This document shows positions 53,541-62,892 of a stretch of 64,000 nt of DNA, in pieces. Numbering within the stretch: the first letter of the stretch is position 1; every line of letters begins with the position of its first letter. The DNA is taken from contig CAKKNE010000001.1 of NCBI GenBank assembly GCA_918797485.1, positions 5,456,001-5,520,000 on the forward strand. The letters are read 5' to 3'. The notes under the pieces were generated by a model. The model worked only from the letters and a program-made list of their open reading frames with translations. It made no database searches and had not been told where the DNA came from. A program made the position numbers and the translations under genes. The DNA is from Pelagomonas calceolata. Taxonomy: Eukaryota.

Positions 53541-55337
53541 CTAGAGATTCCACTTGAACGGATTCGGCCCGTACTCCTTCTCGAAGGCCGCGGCGACGAC
53601 CTCGCCGTGGTCCGTTTTGTAGCCCGTTTTGTAAAGCGGGTTCGCGAGGTAGTCGCGGCAATACTCCTCCAGGCCTAATATCTTCATCCACTCGTAGCCG
53701 CTCGCGTAGCGATTCTCGACCTCGGGCAGCAGCCCGCGAAATCCGACCTCGCGGTACCACTTGCCGTCGTCCTTGCCCTGTACCGTGGCCAGACCGATGT
53801 GGTCGATGACCATCTCGATGACGCCGCGGTCCAGGAACTTCGCCGAGAAGCGGCCGCAAGCGTGTTTAACAAAAGACGCCGCGCGCTTGAACGTGAGGCC
53901 CGGGTAGCGCTCCTGCAGCAGCGCCAGTCGCACCGCGTCCGGGCCCTCCAACTCCACTTCGTCGTCGCTCAGAGCTTGCATGGCGCCCTTCAGCAGCACG
54001 CGCCGGATGCGGTCCACCTCCAACCCTTGCTGCTCCGTCCGACTCATCCGATGCCACGTGATAGGGTCGACTTCGAATTTCAATCTAAATACAGTGCGCC
54101 CGCGTGGGTCGTGGCACAACGCGCTGGGGATGTAGGCGTCTATGTACGCGCGCACGGCGGCGTTCTTCGAGTCCAGGTAGAACTCGATGCCCGGGAACCG
54201 CTTGTTCAACGCCTCGTCGCAGAGGCGCCTAATTAAGAGCTTCCGAACGGCCAGCACGGCGCCCTTCCAGCCGCCGTCGACGTGGTCGATGTTCGTCTTC
54301 CGCGGCTGGCCCTTGAAACACGGCAAATCAGATGGCGCCACCGGTGAGACGAACTGGCGTCGGCCATCAAATGTTTTAATTTTGACCAGCGCGGACCCAT
54401 CTAAATCCTCGAACGGCGCCGCGAGCGCGTCCAGGATGTCGTCGCATTTCGCAATCTGATATTTCAACGACTCCTTAGAATTGCCGTAGTACGTCTTCTT
54501 GTCTTGCAGCAGCTGCTTCTCCACCAGCTCGCGGATCAAACTGGAGTACGCGGCGTCGTCGCCGTAGCGCACCCGCTCCTCGCGTCCCCTAGTACCGCCG
54601 TTGAAGCCGTTCGCCTTCGAGAGCTGCAACATATTGTCGTAGGCCTCGTGTTCGGCCTTGTAGAGGTTTCTTGCCAATAAGCTAAAAGCGGCCGCGACGG
54701 CCCAGTCCGCCTTCATCTTGTCCGTCGTGCAGTGTTTCTTGCGCATATCCTCGAGGCTAAGGCCATCCGGGATGTCGCCCTCGTAGAAGGTAAGCGCCCT
54801 TCCTGGCTGGCCCGACTTCGGCGACACAATATCAAACGGCGGACACGCCTTGCTGCCGTCCCAGTCGTTCTCCATGTCCTGCCACCGCGTGAGGTCCGTC
54901 CCCACTAAAGCTTTCCAGAAAGCCCGCTCCAATCGGGCCAACTCCTGTCTCGCCAGTCCTGATGCAGTAGCAGCACGCTGATGCTGAGACAACGTCGCGT
55001 CCGCCGCGATGGCCGGTGCGGGCGTCGGCACGACAACGGGAGCCGCTTCGGGCTGCACGGGCGCCGCGGCCTCGAGAGCGGGGTCCGTTTCCATGGCCCG
55101 CAGCTCCGTCTCGCGCTCGCGCTTCAGCTGCGCAGCGACGATGGCCTGGCCCTCCGGCGAAGCTCTTCGAACAAATCGCGTCTCGGGTTGCTCGCAGCCG
55201 CCGACGGGGCCCTCGACGGTCTCCGGGATATCAATTGACGCAACGTAAGCGTCGACGTCGGGGATTTTCTTCTGGTAGTTCGGCACGTTCCGCATCAAAT
55301 TCGCCAGATCATCGAGGAGGGTCGGAGGCGCTTCCAT
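53541..55337 (-). CDS. Intronless hypothetical protein, about 600 aa
   Basis: Long ORF with globular-protein composition; no motif recognised. Confidence 0.7.
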   Translation of the reverse strand: MEAPPTLLDDLANLMRNVPNYQKKIPDVDAYVASIDIPETVEGPVGGCEQPETRFVRRASPEGQAIVAAQLKRERETELRAMETDPALEAAAPVQPEAAPVVVPTPAPAIAADATLSQHQRAATASGLARQELARLERAFWKALVGTDLTRWQDMENDWDGSKACPPFDIVSPKSGQPGRALTFYEGDIPDGLSLEDMRKKHCTTDKMKADWAVAAAFSLLARNLYKAEHEAYDNMLQLSKANGFNGGTRGREERVRYGDDAAYSSLIRELVEKQLLQDKKTYYGNSKESLKYQIAKCDDILDALAAPFEDLDGSALVKIKTFDGRRQFVSPVAPSDLPCFKGQPRKTNIDHVDGGWKGAVLAVRKLLIRRLCDEALNKRFPGIEFYLDSKNAAVRAYIDAYIPSALCHDPRGRTVFRLKFEVDPITWHRMSRTEQQGLEVDRIRRVLLKGAMQALSDDEVELEGPDAVRLALLQERYPGLTFKRAASFVKHACGRFSAKFLDRGVIEMVIDHIGLATVQGKDDGKWYREVGFRGLLPEVENRYASGYEWMKILGLEEYCRDYLANPLYKTGYKTDHGEVVAAAFEKEYGPNPFKWNL

Positions 55338-55553
55338 CGCGGTAATGAGCGACCGTTGGAGCGGGTGTCGGCGAGCAGCAGAGGCGCGGAGGATGCTGCA
55401 AGACGACCCCTTGGTCAGTAGGATACGGCGTAATAGCATAATACGCCACAGCGGCGTTCGATCGGCGAGTCTGAGTTGCCTTGCTGCGTCGAGCTGCAAC
55501 GGAAGGCAGCTATGCGGCAGCGGCAACAAGCCACTTGTCCGCAACAAAGAGAG

Positions 55554-55575
55554 GCTAGCGTCGCTGACACACTAG
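55554..55575 (+). promoter_or_regulatory. Bipartite CTAG-flanked upstream motif (GACACACTAG variant)
   Basis: GCTAGCGTCGCTGACACACTAG between divergent ORFs. Confidence 0.55.
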
Positions 55576-55731
55576 GATTGGCCTTGGATGCATCGGAAGC
55601 ACCCATGGACCTGTCCAGCGTGCTCGTGCATGAGTATGCCAAGGCGCCCGTTGAGATAGTGTCACCTGTGAGTGGGTCCTGTGACAGACCTGTGGCGACC
55701 CAATTATTGTGGGCTCATTGAGCATCATTTG

Positions 55732-56890
55732 ATGCGTTTGCTATCAAAACTCGTACTCTCGTACGCCGCCGTCGCTACCGCGTTGACGAACGTGGGCTTC
55801 GGCGGCAAGAGAAAAAGCTACAAGCATCTCCAGGAGTTAGACCTGGGATTAGACTGCGACAGCCACCGCCTCGGCGCGGTAGCGATCGCATTTGTACTCG
55901 GCGCTCAAAACCTGGCGGCGATACCCGGCGGCGCGCCGAACCTCGCGCTCGCGCGGCTCGCCGGCTGGGAGTATTGGCTCCGCGGCGACGGTAACTCGCG
56001 AGGATGCTTCCTCCAGTCCTGTGCGACGCCGTGTCGTCGACGTATCTGCGAGCGCACGCGAACCGTCCACCCCCTCGCAGCATGGTCGGACCCGAATCCG
56101 AAAGGCATGGTCTGCATCATCCCGTCGTCGTTCATCGCCATCTGGAGCACGCTCTGGTACCAGAATTGGCCCGCGACGATGCCTGGCGGCGGAGCCGAAG
56201 TTCCAGGCGCCTTCGAATCGGATCCACGGATACGCCATCGCCACGATATTCGCCATCTACACAGGTACGTGAACAACGACATTAACAACCCGGGCACGAG
56301 CGGCCTCCCGGGCAACGGCATCGTGCGCCGCCGGCGTCCCAGTACTCATATATGACCGCGTAGACGCGTCACAACCGCACAGGAGGACTGGCTGCCGTCG
56401 TGCAATGTGATCGCGCGTTTCCGGCGTCTCAGTACTAATTGACCGCGCGAACGCGTCGCGACCCCCGCAGGTCCACTTCACGCCGACGGGCGCGGTCTAC
56501 CTCGCGGCCGTCGTCAAGGACGACGCTGGTACGGCCGGCGTCGCCGGGGACCATCCCGCCGAGGCCGGCAACGCGTTCCTCTTCGTCCAGAATGCGGTCG
56601 CGGGCGCGACGCTCTACGGCCGCCAGGGCCTGCCGTTCGTCGACGTGACGGCGCACCCGAACCATTGCTGCGCGCCGCCGGACCGGCGCGTCACGTGTCA
56701 CGTCCTGTGTAGAAATCAATCTTCGTTGATCTCCACTCCATCGAGCAGACGTTGTTACGGGACCAGCGTCGTGTCGATGGCGTGGACGGACCATGCGGTT
56801 TACAATCGCGTCAATGGCGTGTGACTTGATTTCCACACAGGCCGCGTCGGCCCCTCTAAGTCGCGCCAGCACCGCGTCGGCCGCCTCTAG
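55732..56890 (+). CDS. Multi-exon gene or decayed gene, possibly SGNH-hydrolase-like; proposed introns 56157-56264, 56323-56382, 56407-56470, 56697-56840
   Basis: Proposed splicing gives ...GNGI-EDWLPSCN-VHFTPTGAVYLAAVV..., resembling the SGNH block V (xVHF...G) motif. 5' structure uncertain. Confidence 0.4.
56697..56840 (+). mobile_element. Introner-type TIR element, 144 nt
   Basis: TIRs CTGTGTAGAAATCAA...TTGATTTCCACACAG; TSD GTCACGTC / GCCGCGTC. Confidence 0.88.
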
Positions 56891-57029
56891 TCTCTTGTGG
56901 ACCTCACTTAAGTTTGACGCAAACGCGCTATTTCTGTCAGAAGCGACAGATTTGTCAATAATCGATCAAAAGAATCGCACCGGCGCCCGTGTAAGCCCCC
57001 GCGCGCGTATAACCTGGCTTGCTGGTTCC

Positions 57030-57052
57030 CTAGTGTCTTACATGCCGCTAGC
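57030..57052 (-). promoter_or_regulatory. Bipartite CTAG-flanked upstream motif
   Basis: GCTAGCGGCATGTAAGACACTAG upstream of the STI1-domain gene. Confidence 0.6.
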
Positions 57053-57193
57053 TCGGTTTTGTGGCTTTGAAGTTGACGCACGGCACACAGCAATTGTACT
57101 TGCGTTAATAACAGCTCGCAGTCGAATTCGCGTTGAATTTGCCTATAGAAACGGCACTCAGCGCATAAATTTGCGCGTTACAGCTATTGCAAT

Positions 57194-57916
57194 ATGAAGC
57201 TCGCTGCACTGGCGCTCTGCCTCGTCGTCGCGTGCGACGCCTTCCAGCACCTCAGGCCAGGAGTGCGGGCACCGCTCGCGCTGCATGGCAAGACGCGGGG
57301 CGACGGCAGCGAACCAGCCGAGGATGATGGACCGCTCGACATCGACGCTGCCATCGACGAGGCGCTCAAGTCGCCCTCGATAGTAGATGCAATCAGCGAG
57401 GACATCAACGCGGCGCTCGGCAAGGACGACGCCAAGACACCCGAGGAAATGAAGGTCGGCGAGCTGACAGCCGAACTCGACCTAAGAGGCATCGACTACT
57501 CGGACTGCATCGAGGCCGACGAGCTCCGAGCGAAGCTGAAGGATGCCCGGTTATCCGGGAGAGCGGGCAAGGACGTCCTGGACAATTTCAACAAGGCGAC
57601 CGCGGAAGCGATGTTCGACAAGGAGAAGAACCCCATGAATCTGTCCAAAGAAGAACTGGAAGCGATCAAGGGCGAGGACGGCGCCATCCCCGGCGGTCTG
57701 GAGCCCGACGAGGTCTTCAAGCTGATGAACGACCCGGAGGTGATGGCCATGGTCCAGAAGCCCAAGTTCCAGGAGATCATGGCCGACGTGATGAAGGGCG
57801 GCGGGCCCATGACGCTCCAGAAGCACATGGCCGACCCGGAGTCGCGCGAGATGCTCATGACGCTGACGAAATTGCTCCAGAACGCGGGCATGGTGCCGCC
57901 CGGGGCTTCGCGGTAA
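57194..57916 (+). CDS. Plastid-targeted STI1/DP-domain protein
   Basis: Leader MKLAALALCLVVACDAF; LMNDPEVMAMVQKPKFQEIMADV..HMADPE. Confidence 0.8.
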   Translation: MKLAALALCLVVACDAFQHLRPGVRAPLALHGKTRGDGSEPAEDDGPLDIDAAIDEALKSPSIVDAISEDINAALGKDDAKTPEEMKVGELTAELDLRGIDYSDCIEADELRAKLKDARLSGRAGKDVLDNFNKATAEAMFDKEKNPMNLSKEELEAIKGEDGAIPGGLEPDEVFKLMNDPEVMAMVQKPKFQEIMADVMKGGGPMTLQKHMADPESREMLMTLTKLLQNAGMVPPGASR

Positions 57917-57940
57917 CATTAATTGTGACTTAACAACGAG

Positions 57941-58558
57941 CTAGGGCGCGGCGCAGGCGAGCGTCGGCCAGGGCACCGCCTCGGCCTTGCGCAGCGAGAC
58001 GACGACGCGGTTTTTCTCCGCGACGACCTTGTAGGAGCAGTGTTTCGGGACGATGTCGCACGCCAGGTTCACAGCGAACTCCCGGCGAGAGTCGTCTCCC
58101 GCGGCGTCCGGCACGACGACGACGACGCGTACCCGGCGCCGTTCGAACGACGCCACGACGCCCGCGTCGAGGCAATGGCGCGCCGACCCGTCCTCCTCCG
58201 TCCGGCGCGCGCGCAGCTCGCCCGCCGCGAACTCGATGTAAATTTTGCACGTCTCCTCGCCGTCGGCGAACGCGTACTTTTTCAGTGGACTCGTCTCCGG
58301 CCGCCGCACGCGCGCCGCGTCGGCGAGCCGCGCCCGCAGCCGCGCCACTTCTGCACGCAACCCCTCCATCGATTCATCAGCGGGCGCGTCGGCCACGGTC
58401 GCGGCGGCGCCGTCGAGGCGCCGCGGGCCCTGGCCAGTGTGCGTCAGGCCCTCACCGCTTATGGTCTTTGCATCCTCGGGTACCTCCCAGGCCTTCGCCG
58501 CATGCGCGTAGTAGTACGGGCCATGCTGCTTTGCGAGGTCCACTGCTGCTTTTTCCAT
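57941..58558 (-). CDS. CS (p23/HSP20-like) domain co-chaperone
   Basis: YAFADGEETCKIYI...IVPKHCSYKV..NRVVVSLRK..W. Confidence 0.75.
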   Translation of the reverse strand: MEKAAVDLAKQHGPYYYAHAAKAWEVPEDAKTISGEGLTHTGQGPRRLDGAAATVADAPADESMEGLRAEVARLRARLADAARVRRPETSPLKKYAFADGEETCKIYIEFAAGELRARRTEEDGSARHCLDAGVVASFERRRVRVVVVVPDAAGDDSRREFAVNLACDIVPKHCSYKVVAEKNRVVVSLRKAEAVPWPTLACAAP

Positions 58559-58697
58559 CTATAACGGCTCGCAGGCGTTGCTGCACGCAACACCACTCGA
58601 TCGGCTCCACGAATGTGATGTCGCGGGGCAGCCCCGCACGTGCGCGACGAGCCGTGATAGCGCAGAGCGCCGATCGAGCTCGTCTAGGCCACTTTTG

Positions 58698-58719
58698 CTA
58701 GTACCTTACAGCCGCTAGC
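58698..58719 (-). promoter_or_regulatory. Bipartite CTAG-flanked upstream motif
   Basis: GCTAGCGGCTGTAAGGTACTAG upstream of the CS-domain gene. Confidence 0.6.
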
Positions 58720-58984
58720 TACGGCGCTTTGCTGGCAGTGTCACTGGCCGGTACGGCGGGTCTATTAGTTTGGACTTGGGATTATCCACCGTAAGCTTCT
58801 CGCCGCCCCCCCCCCCCCTTGACTCCTTCGTCGCCGTGGCCACCGTGACCGCCGTGCCGCGCGACCCGTCGACCGTCTCGACCTGCCGGAATTCCTCGTG
58901 TCTTGTAGGGTGTTCGGAAATGAGCTTGAACCTTCTTAGGTGGCGTGGCGGGGGGGGGGGGCGTTCGCGTCGATGGCGGGGCGT

Positions 58985-59467
58985 TCACCCGCGCCTCGCA
59001 AACTCCAGGTTCAGCATCTCGTTGCACTCCTTGTACGTTGCCTCTTCAACATCTCGCGCCTTCTTTGCCATGGCCTTGTGCGCCGCGTCCATGGCCTTGC
59101 GCTTTGCGGCGGTTTTTTGTTTCGTATCCTGGATAAGCGCTTTCCGGGCTTCCAAAGCTCCCCTCAGATTCGCGAGCTTGTCATCCTTCTGGGCAATGGC
59201 GGCACGCGTCGAGTTGGCGTCGGCGACGGCCGCGTCACGCGTCTGTTGTGCTTTTTTGAAGGAATCTCGGAGAGTGTTGACGTACGTCAGTATGCTCTGG
59301 TACCCGACGTCATCGTTGCCCTCCTGCGGCGGCGCCGCGGGCGGCTGTGGCGCCGCGGGCGGCTGTGCCGGCCGCGGCGCCAGTGGCGAGGCGTCCTTCT
59401 TCTTGGCCGGGCGTGCTTCCGGCTTTCCGCCCAGCTTTTGCGGGCTCAGTGCCGCGGTGTCGGCCAT
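58985..59467 (-). CDS. Coiled-coil hypothetical protein; probably spliced at its 3' end
   Basis: Pro-rich then heptad-rich ORF; palindromic intron-type motif at about 58965-58979. Confidence 0.4.
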   Translation of the reverse strand: MADTAALSPQKLGGKPEARPAKKKDASPLAPRPAQPPAAPQPPAAPPQEGNDDVGYQSILTYVNTLRDSFKKAQQTRDAAVADANSTRAAIAQKDDKLANLRGALEARKALIQDTKQKTAAKRKAMDAAHKAMAKKARDVEEATYKECNEMLNLEFARRG

Positions 59468-60841
59468 TGGCCCTCCGCGGGACGGCTGGACCTCGGTTAC
59501 CTCGCGGCACAGGAAGGCGTAAAGGAACTGGCGGTGCACGCGGTGCCACGACCGAACGACATTCTGGCATATTTCCTCGTTGGAGTTACGAAGGATATGA
59601 GGCTAAAGGGCTTCTCCAAGCTGGCGGACACTACGTGCGCCGCGTGCACCATGCTCTCCCGAAGGACCTCCGTCGGCGGCGTATCAGCCTCTGTATGGAA
59701 ACAATTGACGACCCAAGACAAGTACGATATCTACAAACAGCACACCCGCACGCGCCGCAAACGACCCCGGGCCGAGCCGGCGCCAGCCGAGGCGAAGCGC
59801 CGACGGCCCTTAGCTGCGTAGTTCTGTAGTGGCATGGTATAATGTAACTTAAATAAATTAGGCATATTAACACACACACACTGGCGGAGAGTTGCAAGAG
59901 GCCCGACGTGGACGCGCCGGGACGCGAACGAGGCGCAGCGCCGGGATAACGATGGGCGCGTGAGGCCGGACGAGACGCCGCACGGAATCGACGGGGGTGG
60001 CGTCCCACTCACGAGCGAGGGGGTGATCGCGGTCGCGAATCGTCGCCGCGCGGCGCCCGCCACGATCCGTGTACTCTTCCGGCTTCCGTAAACACATGGC
60101 GTCCCCGCGTCACGATAGGAGCAGCGTGACCAACCCAAGCAGGGCGTCTAGCTACTCCAGTCCGACAACCGCGCGCCGAGCCGTGCGTGGAACCGCCCAC
60201 CGCGTGCCGTCATGCATCGGCGACGTAACGAAGTCGTCGAGGTCGCCGCGGGCAGGGGGCAAGGCCCCTCCGAGGGTCACTTCCGTCCGTGAAGGCGCTT
60301 TACGTCGGCCGCGACGACCGCAAAAAGACCGGATTTTGGTGACATGCCATGTGCGACGCCGCCGAGCATAAAAACGCTGCCCGACCAGAAAGAACATGCG
60401 GAGGGAGCATCGTGTCCGCGCACAGACTGGTTGGGGCCGCTGGGGCCGTTTCCGCCGTCGTTTTTGGCAAGTCCGGCGTCGCTAAAAACACCACTTGTCG
60501 GAAATAAGCATTTACCCCCTACTCTCGGCATTTTTGGCATTTTTTTGTAAAGGTCCGCGAGGAGGGCCCTGTGGCCGCAGGCGTTCGTTGGCAGAGAGAT
60601 CGCGGAGATACCCTAGTTACACTAACTTCACCTACAGGAGAACGGGGGCTGGGCTATTAATACAAACTAATAGAACGCCACGCTGTACCGCTTCGTCGCT
60701 GCATGACCCGGGCTGAATAATCGCTGCAAAGCGATCAAATGCCGCAGTGCTGTCCAATTTTTTTCACCAATTGCAAACTCTACAGCGAGTGCTCTCCCTG
60801 ACGCAGCCGCAGCGTGATGCCAATGCCACGCCGAGGCTGAG

Positions 60842-62878
60842 ATGACAGCTGCACTGCAAGCAGCACTGCTGCTCAGCCTCACCCACTCGTTCCAGCCTCG
60901 TCAATTCACCAGTCAAAAGCGGACGCTACACGGCGCTGCGGACGACTATGCGCAGCGCTGGGATGCGCTTGTCCTCGAGGAATACCGCGCGACGGCTTCC
61001 GAGCTCCGCCGGCAGCGCGCGACGTGGCCAAAGCGTCGACTCGAGGAAGCTGGCGTCTCGCTGTTCGGAACCGCGGCGCCGCACTCGGAGCTCTTCGGCG
61101 AGAAGATCTTGCGCGTCACACGCAGCGGCGAGAGCAGTCGCGTGCGGGAATCGTTCACCCGCGGCGACGTGCTGACACTCACCTTCGACGCGGCCGCCGC
61201 GCCGCGCGAGGTGGCCGTTGTCGAGACGGGGGTTGATTGGCTGACCGTAGCGGTCGGCGAGACCTGGCCCGGGAAGACGTGGGAAGCGCGGCGACGGCCC
61301 GGGTCCGTGGCCGTGCGCCTCGACAAGTCGGCGCCGCGCGCGCCGCTCGCGGCCCAGCGCGACGCGCTCTCGCGGGTCGCGGCGGGCAAAGCGGGCGCGG
61401 CTGCGGCGAGCCTCGCGACCGGTCTCGACGACGCTGCGTGTGCCGCTCCGCCGCGCCGCCTGGCTGGAGGCGCGGTCGTTGAGTTCGCGGGAATCCCAGG
61501 CGGAGCGACGGCGCCGACGCTGGAGATCGGCATTCGCAACGCCATCGCTGGAGCTTCTGCCGACGCGCAATTTTTGCCAAACGAGCGGCAGATCGACTGC
61601 GTCGCGTGGGCGCTCGGTCGAAGCGTGGGATTGGTGCGCGGCCCGCCGGGCACGGGCAAGACGCGAACCGCGAGCCTCCTCGTGTCGTCAGCGTTGCGCC
61701 TCGCCGGTGCCGACAAGAAGACGCCACGCGTGCTCGCCGTAACGCACTCGAATGGCGCGGCAGACGTCCTGCTGGCCGCGTTGCACCTCGCGGGTGTGAA
61801 TGCCATCCGAGCCGGCCGCCCCACCGCGGTCGCGCCAGAAGCGCGGCGCTTCACGACCGTGGCGCTCGCCGAGCGGCATCCTGAAGTCATATCGTTGCGC
61901 AAGCGTGCCAACAACGCGTCGCTTCCTTCATATGTGCGGTCGGACGCGATGCGCCAGGCGTATCGGTGCGTCGAAGACGTGAAGGCGAGCCTGGCTCGCC
62001 ACGCCGAGGTCGTCGTCGCCTCGTGCATCGGTGCCCACTCATTAATCGAGGCGGAAGCGGGGCCGTTTGAGCTGGTTGTATTGGATGAGGCCGCACAAAC
62101 GACTGAGCCCGCGTTGTGTTGTGCATTGGCCGCCGCGAAGGCGGAGCAAGTGGTCTTCTTCGGGGACACGCGTCAGCTGCCACCGACCGTCGTGAGCGGT
62201 GATCGCGAGCTACGGTATGCGCTCGGCCGCTCGCCGATGGAACGCCTCGAGCGGAGCGGTGTTGAGTTGGAGACGCTTCACGTGCAATACCGCATGCCTC
62301 CCGCGCTTGTCGAATTTCCCTCGCGGCACTTCTACCGAGGCGTGGTACAAAGCTCCGACAGCGTTCTGCGACGGGTGGTACCGCGCGGTTTCGTCTGGCC
62401 CGTGGGGGGGCTGCCACTGGCATTTTTGGACCTTGACGGAGGAGAGACGAAACACGAGGCCGGATTTTCGAACGCGCCCGAGGCCGAGATCGTTGTGGAA
62501 GTCGTGTCTGAGTTTCTCAGAAAAGAAGAGGGGAATATCGTGGTCCTCAGTCCGTACGCAAAGCAGGTTAGTAAGGTGCGTACTGCGTTGAGACGCGCCG
62601 GCGTCGAGGGCGTGCGTGTGGGCAGCGTCGACTCCTTTCAAGGCCAGGAGGCGGACATCGTGGTCTTCTCGGCCACGCGCTCGAACCAAGACGGCTCGCT
62701 CGGATTCGTGCGCGACGCCCGGCGCCTCAACGTGGCGCTCACGCGCGCCAAGCGAGGGCTCGTAGTCGTGGGAGACGCGGTGACACTGTCGAACTCGCAC
62801 CATTGGAGCGCTCTCATCGCATCGTGCAAGAAGAGGGGCTGTGTTGTTGACCTGAGGGCTACTAGTAGTGATGTGTAA
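60842..62878 (+). CDS. Upf1/DNA2/SMUBP-2-like superfamily 1 helicase with organelle-targeting leader
   Basis: GPPGTGKT, DEAAQ, GDTRQLPP, QYRM, VDSFQGQE, RRLNVALTRAK. Confidence 0.92.
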   Translation: MTAALQAALLLSLTHSFQPRQFTSQKRTLHGAADDYAQRWDALVLEEYRATASELRRQRATWPKRRLEEAGVSLFGTAAPHSELFGEKILRVTRSGESSRVRESFTRGDVLTLTFDAAAAPREVAVVETGVDWLTVAVGETWPGKTWEARRRPGSVAVRLDKSAPRAPLAAQRDALSRVAAGKAGAAAASLATGLDDAACAAPPRRLAGGAVVEFAGIPGGATAPTLEIGIRNAIAGASADAQFLPNERQIDCVAWALGRSVGLVRGPPGTGKTRTASLLVSSALRLAGADKKTPRVLAVTHSNGAADVLLAALHLAGVNAIRAGRPTAVAPEARRFTTVALAERHPEVISLRKRANNASLPSYVRSDAMRQAYRCVEDVKASLARHAEVVVASCIGAHSLIEAEAGPFELVVLDEAAQTTEPALCCALAAAKAEQVVFFGDTRQLPPTVVSGDRELRYALGRSPMERLERSGVELETLHVQYRMPPALVEFPSRHFYRGVVQSSDSVLRRVVPRGFVWPVGGLPLAFLDLDGGETKHEAGFSNAPEAEIVVEVVSEFLRKEEGNIVVLSPYAKQVSKVRTALRRAGVEGVRVGSVDSFQGQEADIVVFSATRSNQDGSLGFVRDARRLNVALTRAKRGLVVVGDAVTLSNSHHWSALIASCKKRGCVVDLRATSSDV

Positions 62879-62892
62879 CATACCCAAGAGTG

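Noticed and set aside
60612..60626. CTAGTTACACTAA upstream of the helicase as a twelfth copy of the CTAG motif
   Set aside because: Only a partial resemblance; the GCTAGCG half-site is missing.
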